Notes under the pieces: model-generated
What the model saw: only the letters and a program-made list of their open reading frames with translations
What the model was told of the DNA's origin: nothing
Databases searched by the model: none
Translations under genes and position numbers: made by a program
From: a virus
Taxonomy: Duplodnaviria > Caudoviricetes
Virus record (IMG/VR): IMGVR_UViG_3300025251_000012
Span: 14,444-78,443 of that record
DNA: 64,000 nucleotides
Reading direction: 5' to 3' (one strand)
Shown here: positions 19,866-30,020 of the stretch, one piece after another
Layout: every line of letters begins with the position of its first letter
Numbering within the stretch: the stretch's first letter is position 1

Positions 19866-22037
19866 ATGTCTAAACCAACGGCAATTACTAATGTAGATGT
19901 TTTAATAAATCAGAGTGCGATTGGCACAAGCCTAACGCAAGCTCTTGGTACGGCAACGGGAGTGGATTCACAGGGTGGTAGGAACATACAAACGTTTACG
20001 TGGGTTTTATTGTCTAAACCAGAGGGGTCTTCTGCGGTTATTACGAGCCCAAGCACCTCTAGCCCAACACTAGCCTCTATAGACACGTGGGGAAATTACC
20101 TTGTATTTTTACGTGTAACGGACATTTATGGGTCCGTTAGTGAAGCAGATCCTACCAGAGCACCCAGCACAGCTTTGCAAACAATCCGCGTTCAGTCGGC
20201 AGGGCTTAGTCTAGAAAAACCGGCAGCGGGCGAGCGGGCATGGACGACCTCTGTGCACAAAGTTATCGACGCCGTAGAAAGTTTAAACACTTCTTACACG
20301 GCCGTGGCCCCTGTTAAGCGTTTGGCCGGTACACAGGCTAGTGCACAGGAGTTAGATCGTCTTGTAGCCGAAGAAGTGCTTACAGGCATGCACACGCATA
20401 AAGGCTCTGACGTTACGCAAGCTTCTATGGCGAATCGTGGTGCCGTGTCCTTGGCTTATGAGCCTTTATCTGTTTCTGCCCCAAAGGTAGCTAATCAGGT
20501 TCGCGGTGCTTGGCACACACGCTGGGAACATCTTACGGGATTAGGCCCGCTTGGAAGCCAAGCGACCATTACATTTACTGGTAATCCAGCGACAGATTCG
20601 TCTGAAACATTAACGCTGATATCTACCGATGGAACCGTTGTTGTTTACACGGCGGCTCTGGCCTCAGACTATACACGGGGGAACAATGATTTTCAGGCCG
20701 ATGAGTCTGTTGCGAACATCGCCGCAAAGTTAAAACTAGCAATTGACAACGAAGGGGGTCACGGCGGGAAACTTACTGTTGCGGACGATAGCGCCGGAAC
20801 TTTGACCATAACCCAAACCGTTCCCGGCGCTGCCGGTAACACGTACTTGTTTAGCACGTTATCTAATACCACTATCGTCGGGTTTGATAACGGTGGCCGC
20901 AGTAATATTTTGCAGGGCGGCGGGCTTGAAGAAGAGATTTTAGCCTCTTTCACGGTCGCAGATACTAATCTAACTGTGAATTCAATCGGTGTTTCCGCTT
21001 TACAGGCTAGAGGGTCAACAAATCCTACTGTAGTACAGTTTAGACTATTAACTGCCAGTGAGTTTAAGGGCTTGAACACGCCCCATGTTGAGTCTGGTAC
21101 CGCCCTTTCTACCACCGGAACTCTTTTAGGGGACGTAACTCTTACGCATACAAATATTTCTGACGTAGGAAAACCCTTATCTGCTTATGCCGATCTTGGG
21201 GCCGTGTCTTGTGCGCAAGGCTCTGTAATTGTTGCGAGACCAACCGCTTTACTTGAGGCAACAAGGCCCTACATAGATTTGATAGTAACGGACTATACGG
21301 CCATTACTAGCGGAGATACGGTAACGCTTAATACGAGGGATGAGACAACAGCCTATGTGTTTGCGTCTACAGTTAATACTACATGGCACGCGGCAACGAG
21401 TAATAACACCACAGCAACAAATATTGCCGCGTGGATTAATAACACGGCATCTACTTATCCAGGAACAGAGTTTGTGTGTAGCGCCCCCACGCTTGACACA
21501 AGTGTGCAAAATGCGGCTACAGCAACCGTAACTGTCACTGATTTTACCGAACTCAACTCTACGGATTCGATTGAACTTGTGTCCACCTCTGGCGTGCGCG
21601 CCACTTTCTCGGAGACCTCAGAATGGGAAGCTACAGTAAGTAATAATCAAACGGCCGCTAATATAGCAACGGCTATAAATGCCAACGCGAATTTCACAGC
21701 AAGCGCTGTGAGCACCAATGTGGTGACTATAACGCAGTCAACAGTCGGGTCTTCTGGGAACACAACTATCACCTTGGTAGATACCGGTAGCGCCGGGATG
21801 TCAAAAACAGACTTTACGGGCGGCGTTAGCGCTACGGCTACTGTACGCGTAACAGTTTTAAATGATTATGGGGCACGCTATGGGGATGCGACTGTAACTA
21901 TGGCCACGGGCGGGGGCATTACTTTGGGTACAAGCGGTAGCGCCACAACGTCTACATTTAGTGGTGGCGGACATGCGGGCGACGATTTCACAGCTAACGC
22001 GCTTGATATCATTGTTAACTGGAAGAAGAGGTACTAA
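19866..22037 (+). CDS. Tail fibre/appendage protein with PKD-like N-terminus and three Thr-rich repeated beta domains
   Basis: TFTWVLLSKPEGSSAVI...GNYLVFLRVTD (PKD-like); repeats of the form ATxTVTDF...W.A..SNN.TA.NIA.AIN. Confidence 0.55.
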   Translation: MSKPTAITNVDVLINQSAIGTSLTQALGTATGVDSQGGRNIQTFTWVLLSKPEGSSAVITSPSTSSPTLASIDTWGNYLVFLRVTDIYGSVSEADPTRAPSTALQTIRVQSAGLSLEKPAAGERAWTTSVHKVIDAVESLNTSYTAVAPVKRLAGTQASAQELDRLVAEEVLTGMHTHKGSDVTQASMANRGAVSLAYEPLSVSAPKVANQVRGAWHTRWEHLTGLGPLGSQATITFTGNPATDSSETLTLISTDGTVVVYTAALASDYTRGNNDFQADESVANIAAKLKLAIDNEGGHGGKLTVADDSAGTLTITQTVPGAAGNTYLFSTLSNTTIVGFDNGGRSNILQGGGLEEEILASFTVADTNLTVNSIGVSALQARGSTNPTVVQFRLLTASEFKGLNTPHVESGTALSTTGTLLGDVTLTHTNISDVGKPLSAYADLGAVSCAQGSVIVARPTALLEATRPYIDLIVTDYTAITSGDTVTLNTRDETTAYVFASTVNTTWHAATSNNTTATNIAAWINNTASTYPGTEFVCSAPTLDTSVQNAATATVTVTDFTELNSTDSIELVSTSGVRATFSETSEWEATVSNNQTAANIATAINANANFTASAVSTNVVTITQSTVGSSGNTTITLVDTGSAGMSKTDFTGGVSATATVRVTVLNDYGARYGDATVTMATGGGITLGTSGSATTSTFSGGGHAGDDFTANALDIIVNWKKRY

Positions 22038-22039
22038 TT

Positions 22040-22750
22040 GTGGGCTGGGGCTTTGGCAACGATTTTGATCCGGCTCCCAATGAGGCTCCGCCAGGTGCTT
22101 TCGATCCCGAACCGCTTCCTGGGGTTCCTGGGGTTCCCCCCGTCGTTCCCCAGCCATACGAATATGGGGGTGACGGCTCTGATGCGTCCCCAAATCAGGG
22201 TTTTGGGGACGATACCCCTAGTTTAACCCCAGGAGACCCAGATGCCGGTTTTGGCGACGAAGCTGACAAGGCCCCACCAATCGTACTTGATATGGATGGG
22301 AAGGGTCTCGTTTTTTCAGATGAAGGCGGCGATATAGTCACTATAGCCGGGACATTACCCATAAATTTGGCTAAGGCGGGCACCAATTTCAAGTTTGTTA
22401 GGTATAAGTTTAGAGTTGCGCACGTGGGCACAGGCGAGCTTTTTCCAAAGGTCGGTTTTTGCTACGCCGCTATTCAGGGAAACATAGACGTTTGCCCCGT
22501 TGTACAACTCGGTTTGGTGCAGTTTGCTTTACCCCCGTGCTATGTGGGCGATTATCACATACACGTGTATACGTGCTACGTACCAGACACCGCTAATGCT
22601 CAATACGCGGTTACGCTTCCTTACGCCATAAATGTTGACAGACGGGTAAGAGATTTCCCAACATATCGGGTACGCAAAAGCCTTCCACCGAACTATTTAA
22701 CCGGACCAATACGTGTAGATGACGAAGGTCTGTACCCGGCGGAGGCTTAA
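22040..22750 (+). CDS. Virion structural protein with Pro-rich GFGD-repeat N-terminus
   Basis: GFGND/GFGDD/GFGDE repeats, then an Ig/IPT-like region (DEGGDIVTIAGT). Confidence 0.4.
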   Translation: MGWGFGNDFDPAPNEAPPGAFDPEPLPGVPGVPPVVPQPYEYGGDGSDASPNQGFGDDTPSLTPGDPDAGFGDEADKAPPIVLDMDGKGLVFSDEGGDIVTIAGTLPINLAKAGTNFKFVRYKFRVAHVGTGELFPKVGFCYAAIQGNIDVCPVVQLGLVQFALPPCYVGDYHIHVYTCYVPDTANAQYAVTLPYAINVDRRVRDFPTYRVRKSLPPNYLTGPIRVDDEGLYPAEA

Positions 22751-25700
22751 TGTCGAACTTAACAGGCGTAGAAGGCCACGCAACTTTAATATCTGGGCAA
22801 ACCGCCACCATTTATCTGCGCGGAGGGTACTCTAGTGTTCGTTGGTCTAACGCCTATCCGCCCAATCTAGCCGCAGTAGATACTTGGGGTACCCCGCTAA
22901 TAACGCCTGGGAACTATACGTACAACATTACAGTAAAGGTTTTGGACGATAAGTTTCTTTTTAAAAATGACCCGCTTTCTGGGGACGGATACGAGGGCGG
23001 GTTTACCTTACACGAAGCGAACACATATGTATTTGATGTAAGCGACACTACCAATAGCGGCAACGTGTTAAAGTTTTCGGAAAAACCCCCCAGTTTCGGA
23101 TGGAATGACCAGCTATATTCTCTGTACACCACTGGTGTTAGTTCCTCTGGAACACCAGGTAATCCTAGCGCCACAGTAACTATTACAGTTGCTTCAGATA
23201 TGCCCACGCTATATCCGGTGTGTGGCAACCATTTTAATATGGGAGGTAATACCCGTTTTATTCGCGGGGCCGATGATGGTGCTCATTCCAGAAGCTTTTC
23301 CGCGCCATACGGGCGCACAACGTATTATTTCGCTGGCGTAGATAGTTCAGACAAATTACAGGGTGGAATTTATGCCGTAACGGCGAGCACTAGAAAAGGT
23401 CTTAAAGATTATGTGCTCGAAAGCCACGATGGGACCGGCAATGTAACTAAAGGGCTGATTTCGCCTTATTATGCGGCTTCTAATGGGGACGCAAGGCTTC
23501 TAAGCCCGTTAAACGGGAGTAACGTTGGCCTATGGTCTAGTGCTAAAGAGCATGTTTCTGAGTCAGTATCCCTAGGGTTTAAATTTCCGATGGGTGAAAA
23601 TTCTTACACGAGTGCAAGCGCTTCTATAAATGGCTGGGTTTTACTTTCTGGGAACATTACTCAAGATGCCGGAAACCCAATGCACTCACCCGCGAATAAC
23701 GCCTATGCCGGGGGGATGTCCAATGTTCTAATATTTCCGTGGTGGACGCCGCAGAAACCGGCGGGTTCAAGAACACAGCGTGCAGCGGTAAATAGCTACG
23801 GCGAAACATACGTTGATGGTGGGCTCTATTTTAGGCGCGAATCTTCCCCAGAGAGGGCGATTTTTACTTGGATTACTTATAGCCATCCCGCACATACGGC
23901 TTCTGATCATAGGCTACTTGAGTACCAGGCGGTCCTTTATCCTAATGGGCAACTTGAATATAGGCATGAGGCTGTATCAGAATCTGGGTCACCAGCATCG
24001 GCGGACAGGTCTTCTGCCGCAAAGGGCGCACGCTTAGACACGACAAATACCACAACGTGGACAGACGGCAGTAGTGCCGAACATACCGGCGCTCCCGATA
24101 TTGGTGAGTACTACGACTTCTTCTCTTCGGACGGGTTCCCTCAAGATGACGCGCCCGGAACAGCCCCAACAATTACTGCCACGGAGGCGTCGAATTGGTC
24201 TACAAACACAACCTATTTCGCTAGAGATGCTTCTGGTGGGAAAACGGTGATCATTCCTAATGATACTTTTAGTTTAGACGGTTTGCCCCATTCTGGAGTG
24301 TCCTCTGTGGATCCCATATTCACTAATTGGCTAGAAAACCCAGAAGAACAGTTCGATGTTACTATTGAGGATCCTGCGCCTGGGGGGTCTAGATCTGCGT
24401 ACACAGCATCGCCCGTAGGCGAGTTGAACGCTTTGTATAACCCAGATGGAAGCGCTCTCGGGACATTTAGAGCTAATTTAGTACTTATGTTTAATGGAGC
24501 CTCGCAAACAACTATAGATATAATTCGTGGGCGAACATATGTTTTTGACCAGAGCGCTAGTTCCAATAAAGGGTACCCGCTTGAATTTTCACATGGCCCT
24601 GATGGCACTAATAATAATTTCACTAAATTTTATTATCGTGTCACGTACTTTATTGATGATGTAGAGGTCGCTTTTAGTAAGTACAAAACAGAGCTAAATC
24701 GGGGTACTAGTACTTCTGCAAGAGTTCGCCTAGCCGTATCGAGATTAGCCCTAGATAAATATAGTACTCCTAGCGAACTCTACCCATTTGTCGCTGATAA
24801 AGTTATGTGCGGCGACGGCACGAAGTTTTCTATAGCTGAGACCAGTCCGTTATTGCCGCTTTCTTCGGTAAGGCCCCTTTCTGTGATTTTTGTCGCAGAC
24901 GAAAACTTTGACGGCGAACGGGTTACTGAAAATAGGTATTCACACAGGGAATGGTTTAATAAAACAATTGCTAAACCTATAAATGGTTTAAACTATTTTA
25001 ATGTTTTTTATCACCAAGGCCTGATCCACCTTAGAGCACGGCACGAGGCCCACCATTGGAACTGGTCTACTAGTGCTATGACAACTACAAATGGTGTTTT
25101 AAGTGGAACCTCTGTTCCTTCAGGAAACAAGGCCGCTCATGTGATAACAACCGGCGGCCATTATACGTTTTATGCCCAAGCGGTAGATTACAATGGTGGT
25201 CCCGTTGGCGACACATATGTAGCCTCTATTGAAATAACTCCGGCAAGTTTTGTTGATGATAGCGGTTGCCCGGAAGATCCGGTCTTTGATCTTGAAAGGC
25301 GTATTGGATCCCCAGCCACCGCAAATATTAAGGCTAGGCCTAAACATAGTTTAGACACCAGTGTCGATACGAAGCCAATCATTGACGTTATATCACTAAC
25401 GTTTGCCAGACCTTATAGGCTTACTGACGGCCTCGTTAATGTGGACCTTAGTAATGCTTCGGTGCATGTAATAATTTGGGCCTACGATATTACTTGGTGG
25501 TCATATTGGGTTGATGGCGATACCAACAACATAACGCACGTGCATAACTCCCCACAGGCAACATTTTTAATGCCCCGTACATCGTCCACAACAGAACTTC
25601 ATGTGCTAAATGTTTGTGGCTATGATCGTTATGGTACTAAGGTAGCTGAAAATGTTAGAACTTTTGAGTTTAGGCCGGAGCCGATGCCAAATATGCTAGA

Positions 25701-25992
25701 CCCAACATATCCTGTGTCGCTATCATTATCCCAACCTGTAGATCAGCGGGACAGGGACTGGGCAGCGGCCACTAGCGCTAGTCACGCCCCTATAGTTACA
25801 AGAGCTTGGGATGATAGATCGCTTGGGAATTTTGAGGTATCTGTAGCCGATGCCCGTCTAGGCTGGATAAATTGGCCTAGGTTCAATAAAACCGAAACCG
25901 CGACAAACAGCGGTTCTACCGCCAGTACTTCCAGCCCCACCCCTTATGTTTCAAGTAGTTCTGGTACGGGCGGTTCTGATAGTGGATATTAA
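22750..25992 (+). CDS. Large virion appendage protein (1080 aa) with two copies of a small beta domain
   Basis: TYVFDVSDTTNSGNVLKFS and TYVFDQSASSNKGYPLEFS; nidogen-like segment SVSLGFKFPMGENSYTSASASINGW. Confidence 0.45.
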   Translation: MSNLTGVEGHATLISGQTATIYLRGGYSSVRWSNAYPPNLAAVDTWGTPLITPGNYTYNITVKVLDDKFLFKNDPLSGDGYEGGFTLHEANTYVFDVSDTTNSGNVLKFSEKPPSFGWNDQLYSLYTTGVSSSGTPGNPSATVTITVASDMPTLYPVCGNHFNMGGNTRFIRGADDGAHSRSFSAPYGRTTYYFAGVDSSDKLQGGIYAVTASTRKGLKDYVLESHDGTGNVTKGLISPYYAASNGDARLLSPLNGSNVGLWSSAKEHVSESVSLGFKFPMGENSYTSASASINGWVLLSGNITQDAGNPMHSPANNAYAGGMSNVLIFPWWTPQKPAGSRTQRAAVNSYGETYVDGGLYFRRESSPERAIFTWITYSHPAHTASDHRLLEYQAVLYPNGQLEYRHEAVSESGSPASADRSSAAKGARLDTTNTTTWTDGSSAEHTGAPDIGEYYDFFSSDGFPQDDAPGTAPTITATEASNWSTNTTYFARDASGGKTVIIPNDTFSLDGLPHSGVSSVDPIFTNWLENPEEQFDVTIEDPAPGGSRSAYTASPVGELNALYNPDGSALGTFRANLVLMFNGASQTTIDIIRGRTYVFDQSASSNKGYPLEFSHGPDGTNNNFTKFYYRVTYFIDDVEVAFSKYKTELNRGTSTSARVRLAVSRLALDKYSTPSELYPFVADKVMCGDGTKFSIAETSPLLPLSSVRPLSVIFVADENFDGERVTENRYSHREWFNKTIAKPINGLNYFNVFYHQGLIHLRARHEAHHWNWSTSAMTTTNGVLSGTSVPSGNKAAHVITTGGHYTFYAQAVDYNGGPVGDTYVASIEITPASFVDDSGCPEDPVFDLERRIGSPATANIKARPKHSLDTSVDTKPIIDVISLTFARPYRLTDGLVNVDLSNASVHVIIWAYDITWWSYWVDGDTNNITHVHNSPQATFLMPRTSSTTELHVLNVCGYDRYGTKVAENVRTFEFRPEPMPNMLDPTYPVSLSLSQPVDQRDRDWAAATSASHAPIVTRAWDDRSLGNFEVSVADARLGWINWPRFNKTETATNSGSTASTSSPTPYVSSSSGTGGSDSGY

Positions 25993-26014
25993 GTATACTT
26001 AGGAGACTCCAATT

Positions 26015-26953
26015 ATGGCTGAATTTCATCAAAAAATACCGCTGCCCGACCACAACAGCGATGGTACCGTAGATGTTGGCGATCTCATGTTCGCTATTTA
26101 CGAATCAATTACGCATAGCTCTCAGTCTACACTGCAATTTGCGGTACACGACAGCAACACGGCAGTTTACGTTGACTCCACCGGAAACGGCACAGCCGAC
26201 TCTTTTGCCACCCCTTCAAACGGCCTAGCCTTTGTTGCCGGTAATGGCACCCCGTATATGGTTATTGAACCTAAAGCGGAGTACCCGGGCGGTGGTAAGT
26301 GGCAGCTTAAATTGTCTAGGCAAAGCGGTGGCCTATTCTATGAACTAGACCAGGCAGGCACGTGGTCTAGTTCCAACGGTAACTTTAGCGGATCTGTGGC
26401 TACAACCGGCAATATTTCCCTGGTTACCGGAGGCGTAGCCGCCACTAATATTACTGGGACACACCTGTATTTCAGTTCTGGCACAGAAACTTATAACGTT
26501 AACAACTCCTATTCTTACCTACGCCTAATCTTGCGCAATGGGGCTAGTAATTCAGATTGGGCGCTGTACTGCGGGGGTTACATCCCATTTTCGCCTACAG
26601 CAGACACAAAACCAGTTGTACTTTTAGCTGGCACCCCCCAGACAAGCAGCGGGTGGTCCGAGGCCGGTTCTGGCGGCTTAAATAGGACACACCAAAGCTA
26701 TGCCCACACAGCAGCGCCCACAACGAAAGCCTACGTAGCCTCAATCACGTCTATCGTTGGCGGTAATGGGCACGACTACGGGAGTAATTACATAGCCCCA
26801 AGCGCTTATTTACTCACTACATCGGGCGAAACATTAGGCATTTTTGGGCCTACAACTTTTAGAGGGTTTGATTCTACGGTGCCAGATTGGACAGTAGATG
26901 CGTCTGGGGCCTACATAAAAGCTGGTGGCTGGTTGCATAGATTTGTCGGTTAA
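26015..26953 (+). CDS. Hypothetical virion-region protein
   Basis: 312 aa, Gly/Ser/Thr-rich, RBS AGGAG. Confidence 0.5.
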   Translation: MAEFHQKIPLPDHNSDGTVDVGDLMFAIYESITHSSQSTLQFAVHDSNTAVYVDSTGNGTADSFATPSNGLAFVAGNGTPYMVIEPKAEYPGGGKWQLKLSRQSGGLFYELDQAGTWSSSNGNFSGSVATTGNISLVTGGVAATNITGTHLYFSSGTETYNVNNSYSYLRLILRNGASNSDWALYCGGYIPFSPTADTKPVVLLAGTPQTSSGWSEAGSGGLNRTHQSYAHTAAPTTKAYVASITSIVGGNGHDYGSNYIAPSAYLLTTSGETLGIFGPTTFRGFDSTVPDWTVDASGAYIKAGGWLHRFVG

Positions 26954-26964
26954 GGAGTACTTGA

Positions 26965-28482
26965 GTGTCCGTTACAGTACTACTTCCAGATGATGGTCCC
27001 GCTTTCACAGGCCTTTCTGATGTTAGCTTGTCTGTACACATTACTAACACTAATGTGTTTGCCCCGGACGCTACGTTTGCACGACCGCGAATTCAGCCAA
27101 ATTTTGTTTTAGCAGCATCTACGGGCGTGCGCGCAGTCACAGATTTTAAGAAGGCTGAATATCCGCAGGCACCTAGAGTAACAAGTGCAGAGTTTGAACT
27201 TTTAGCCTCTAAATTGGGGGCTAACCAAATAGTAATCGAGTTTGAAACGGGCGACATTCCTTCCGAACCCTGGCGGTACCAAATATATAGCCGTGCTACA
27301 GGGGCTAGTCATGCGCATGTGATAGCGGTATCAATATTTTCTGAGACAAGGCTTGCTGTTGCCACAATTGAGGGGTCTTTAAGGAAAAATGTTGGCTATA
27401 GGCTTTTTGTGCTTATCCCATCTAGATTGTTGGCCGACGGCAGCATTTCAAATGCAACTACCGTCGAGGAAATGCAAGTTTTAGAGACTGGTGGGGATAG
27501 TCCACTGGGCGCAGATATGGTGCCCTATACACCTAATAATCCAGAGGAAGCCGATTCTTTAAACATTATCAATTTTCCAACATCTAGTAAGGTAGCGAAG
27601 TATTTGGATACTTCTATGTACCCAAGCGTGGTGAAGGCCGGGGACGAGCTTTGGGCTAGTCATAATGAAAATAATTTAGCTGCCCGCACAGGGCTAATAT
27701 ATGAGCGGCCCTTTTTTGTTAATTCTAAAGACAGGCTATTTGATGACAATGTAGAAATGCCACGCCAGTACGGGTCAAAACATAAAACCTCCGGCAGAAA
27801 CCCAGATCACGGGTCTAAATTTGCGCGAGAAGATCTTGTTACTAAGTACCGCGATAATGCTTCAAAAACGCGCTTTAGAAATGTCGCGGGTGCTAGGGAA
27901 GAAACGGCAGCAGAGGTTTTAGCCCGTGGCGGAGACAGGCCTAGACTACTAGACATTAATAAACCTGATCCAGAAGAAGAGGTCTACTTTCTTGTTGGGG
28001 CCTCCGGTGGCGACGTTGAGTTTCCAGCCTATAAGTCATTTCAAGCGGCGTTTATTTCTGGCGTAGAAATTATAGTTGAAGAGGCTGTAGAACTAGATGT
28101 ATGTGGCGGCGAAAGTTTAAACAAAATACTACCCGCTTTATTAAGAGCTTTTGGGTCGAACTTAGCAGAACTGCGCGGAGAACCGGTCACTAGAACCCTT
28201 AATCAGATAACAGCATCGGCACAAGAAAAAGTGCCCAAAGGCTATTTGCTCGGTAAAATCAGAGTTGAGACAACCTTAGCTTTTCCGAAAGACTTGCAGT
28301 TTGGCCCCTATAAAGTTTGGATTAATGGGTTTGAATTTGAGTATTCCCACGCAACTTCTGGGTGTAACGCCTATTTAGTGGATGTTGTTAGTAAAGACTA
28401 TTTACAGGACAGCATCCCCGCAAATGCCCAGGTTGTTTTAGACGTGCCGTCGCTTCCTCCAGAGATCATAGGGTTAGGCTAA
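26965..28482 (+). CDS. Hypothetical baseplate-region protein
   Basis: 505 aa, RBS AAGGAG, coupled to next gene. Confidence 0.45.
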   Translation: MSVTVLLPDDGPAFTGLSDVSLSVHITNTNVFAPDATFARPRIQPNFVLAASTGVRAVTDFKKAEYPQAPRVTSAEFELLASKLGANQIVIEFETGDIPSEPWRYQIYSRATGASHAHVIAVSIFSETRLAVATIEGSLRKNVGYRLFVLIPSRLLADGSISNATTVEEMQVLETGGDSPLGADMVPYTPNNPEEADSLNIINFPTSSKVAKYLDTSMYPSVVKAGDELWASHNENNLAARTGLIYERPFFVNSKDRLFDDNVEMPRQYGSKHKTSGRNPDHGSKFAREDLVTKYRDNASKTRFRNVAGAREETAAEVLARGGDRPRLLDINKPDPEEEVYFLVGASGGDVEFPAYKSFQAAFISGVEIIVEEAVELDVCGGESLNKILPALLRAFGSNLAELRGEPVTRTLNQITASAQEKVPKGYLLGKIRVETTLAFPKDLQFGPYKVWINGFEFEYSHATSGCNAYLVDVVSKDYLQDSIPANAQVVLDVPSLPPEIIGLG

Positions 28483-30008
28483 TGCTTACAGCGTTTTCAA
28501 AAACGGAAATGGCTTTTAGGGACACTCTTTTGATGAAGAGTGACGCGAAGTCTTTTGATGCCCTGGCTGGGCAGTATGGCTTCCCAAGACCGCATTGGAT
28601 TCCAGTTGAAAACTGGCGCAGAGCTTTACAGTGTGTGCTCCATGGGCCTAGGGGCACTTTGCATACATTAAGAGCTTTTTTACACCATGCTTTAATGCCA
28701 TGGACGATTCCGTACACTTGGACGGCCGGTGCGGCCGTCCAGCAGTGGCACGTAGATCCGTTGTCCGGTAGTGTTGTAGCTAGGCCTGCAAAACAACCGT
28801 TTGTCTTTGCTTCGACTTATGTACCCGCCGGGTCTAAAACAGGCGTCCCGGTTATGAGTGAAATCGACCTGTCTTTTAGAGAAACTTGGCTAAGGCCTAT
28901 TCAAGAGGCGTATGCGGAGAGCGTAGTCACAACTCCCGCAGTTTTTGATGATGATGGGAATCTTGTTTCTGGGGCCGAAGAGGTGCCCGGTGGCGAATGG
29001 ACATTTAAGCCCTCTTTTGTAGACGCCAACGGCGACTGGATAGACCAAACTTTTATGGGGTATCCAAAGCACCCGTGGAAGTTTCATCATATAGCGAGCA
29101 CTTCAAAGGCAAACACATTCGTAAGTTTGTTGGGGTTCGATACTGGGTATCATGCTGGAAGCCTAAAATTAATTACAGACGACCCAAACCCAACGGATAA
29201 AGTTTCCGCAGAGTACAAGGCCTTGTACACCATGAAGGATGAAGGGGAAGGCTTTATCTCACCGTATGTGATTTCAGAGCGTAGCGGTGGGTTTGGTAAC
29301 GTTGGTACAAGTTTGCTTACTAAAGAGCACTATGGCGGGGAAGCCGCCCACGTGCGCATACACTTATTTTTACATGAAGTGCCCGTATTTGTTTTTGAAG
29401 AGGGCATGGGCACTTATCTTATTTGTGGGGTTCCGCAGTTTCAACCGCCCGCACCGTTGGGGCCGCAGCAGCCCGTAGACCCATTGGTCACGGGAGAGCA
29501 GGCAGCGGCAAACCCGCTGATGCAGTATCCGAGTGGTGGCGAACGTTTAGAAGGCCAACCTTGGGGTGGGCACATGCAAATAAGTGAATTGCACCCGTTC
29601 GGCCCAGCATTGTTTTTTCCCGGTGGAATGGACAGATGGCCGCCCTATTTAACGGGTACAGGTGATAACCCAGAAGCAAACAAATATGAGGCTGGGTTCA
29701 AAAATTCGCTTGAAGAAGCGATACAAAAACTGATTCCGGTTGGTATATCGTGGGAGATTATTAAAGGTTGGGGTGATGGCCTGCCCTCATCCTATGCCCC
29801 AAACGCATCTACTGGCACAATTGTACGTAGCTTTCCGTGGCCAGCAAAGGGATACCCATCAAACGCAAATTGGGAAAATGTCGGTGCGGGAGCGGCAGAA
29901 GGTTCCATTGGGTATATACCCCCGTTCATTATTAAACCCATACTTCCCCCTCCTGACCCGGACCCGATCCCACCGCCCCCTGACCCAGACCCACTACCAG
30001 ATATATAA
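28482..30008 (+). CDS. Baseplate wedge/fibre-attachment protein (gpI-like N-terminus), Pro-rich C-terminus
   Basis: FDALAGQYGFPRP...WRRALQCVLHGPRGTLHTLRAFL resembles gpI/DUF2313-type; ends PPPDPDPIPPPPDPDPLPD. Confidence 0.5.
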   Translation: MLTAFSKTEMAFRDTLLMKSDAKSFDALAGQYGFPRPHWIPVENWRRALQCVLHGPRGTLHTLRAFLHHALMPWTIPYTWTAGAAVQQWHVDPLSGSVVARPAKQPFVFASTYVPAGSKTGVPVMSEIDLSFRETWLRPIQEAYAESVVTTPAVFDDDGNLVSGAEEVPGGEWTFKPSFVDANGDWIDQTFMGYPKHPWKFHHIASTSKANTFVSLLGFDTGYHAGSLKLITDDPNPTDKVSAEYKALYTMKDEGEGFISPYVISERSGGFGNVGTSLLTKEHYGGEAAHVRIHLFLHEVPVFVFEEGMGTYLICGVPQFQPPAPLGPQQPVDPLVTGEQAAANPLMQYPSGGERLEGQPWGGHMQISELHPFGPALFFPGGMDRWPPYLTGTGDNPEANKYEAGFKNSLEEAIQKLIPVGISWEIIKGWGDGLPSSYAPNASTGTIVRSFPWPAKGYPSNANWENVGAGAAEGSIGYIPPFIIKPILPPPDPDPIPPPPDPDPLPDI

Positions 30009-30020
30009 AGGAGCCTATAA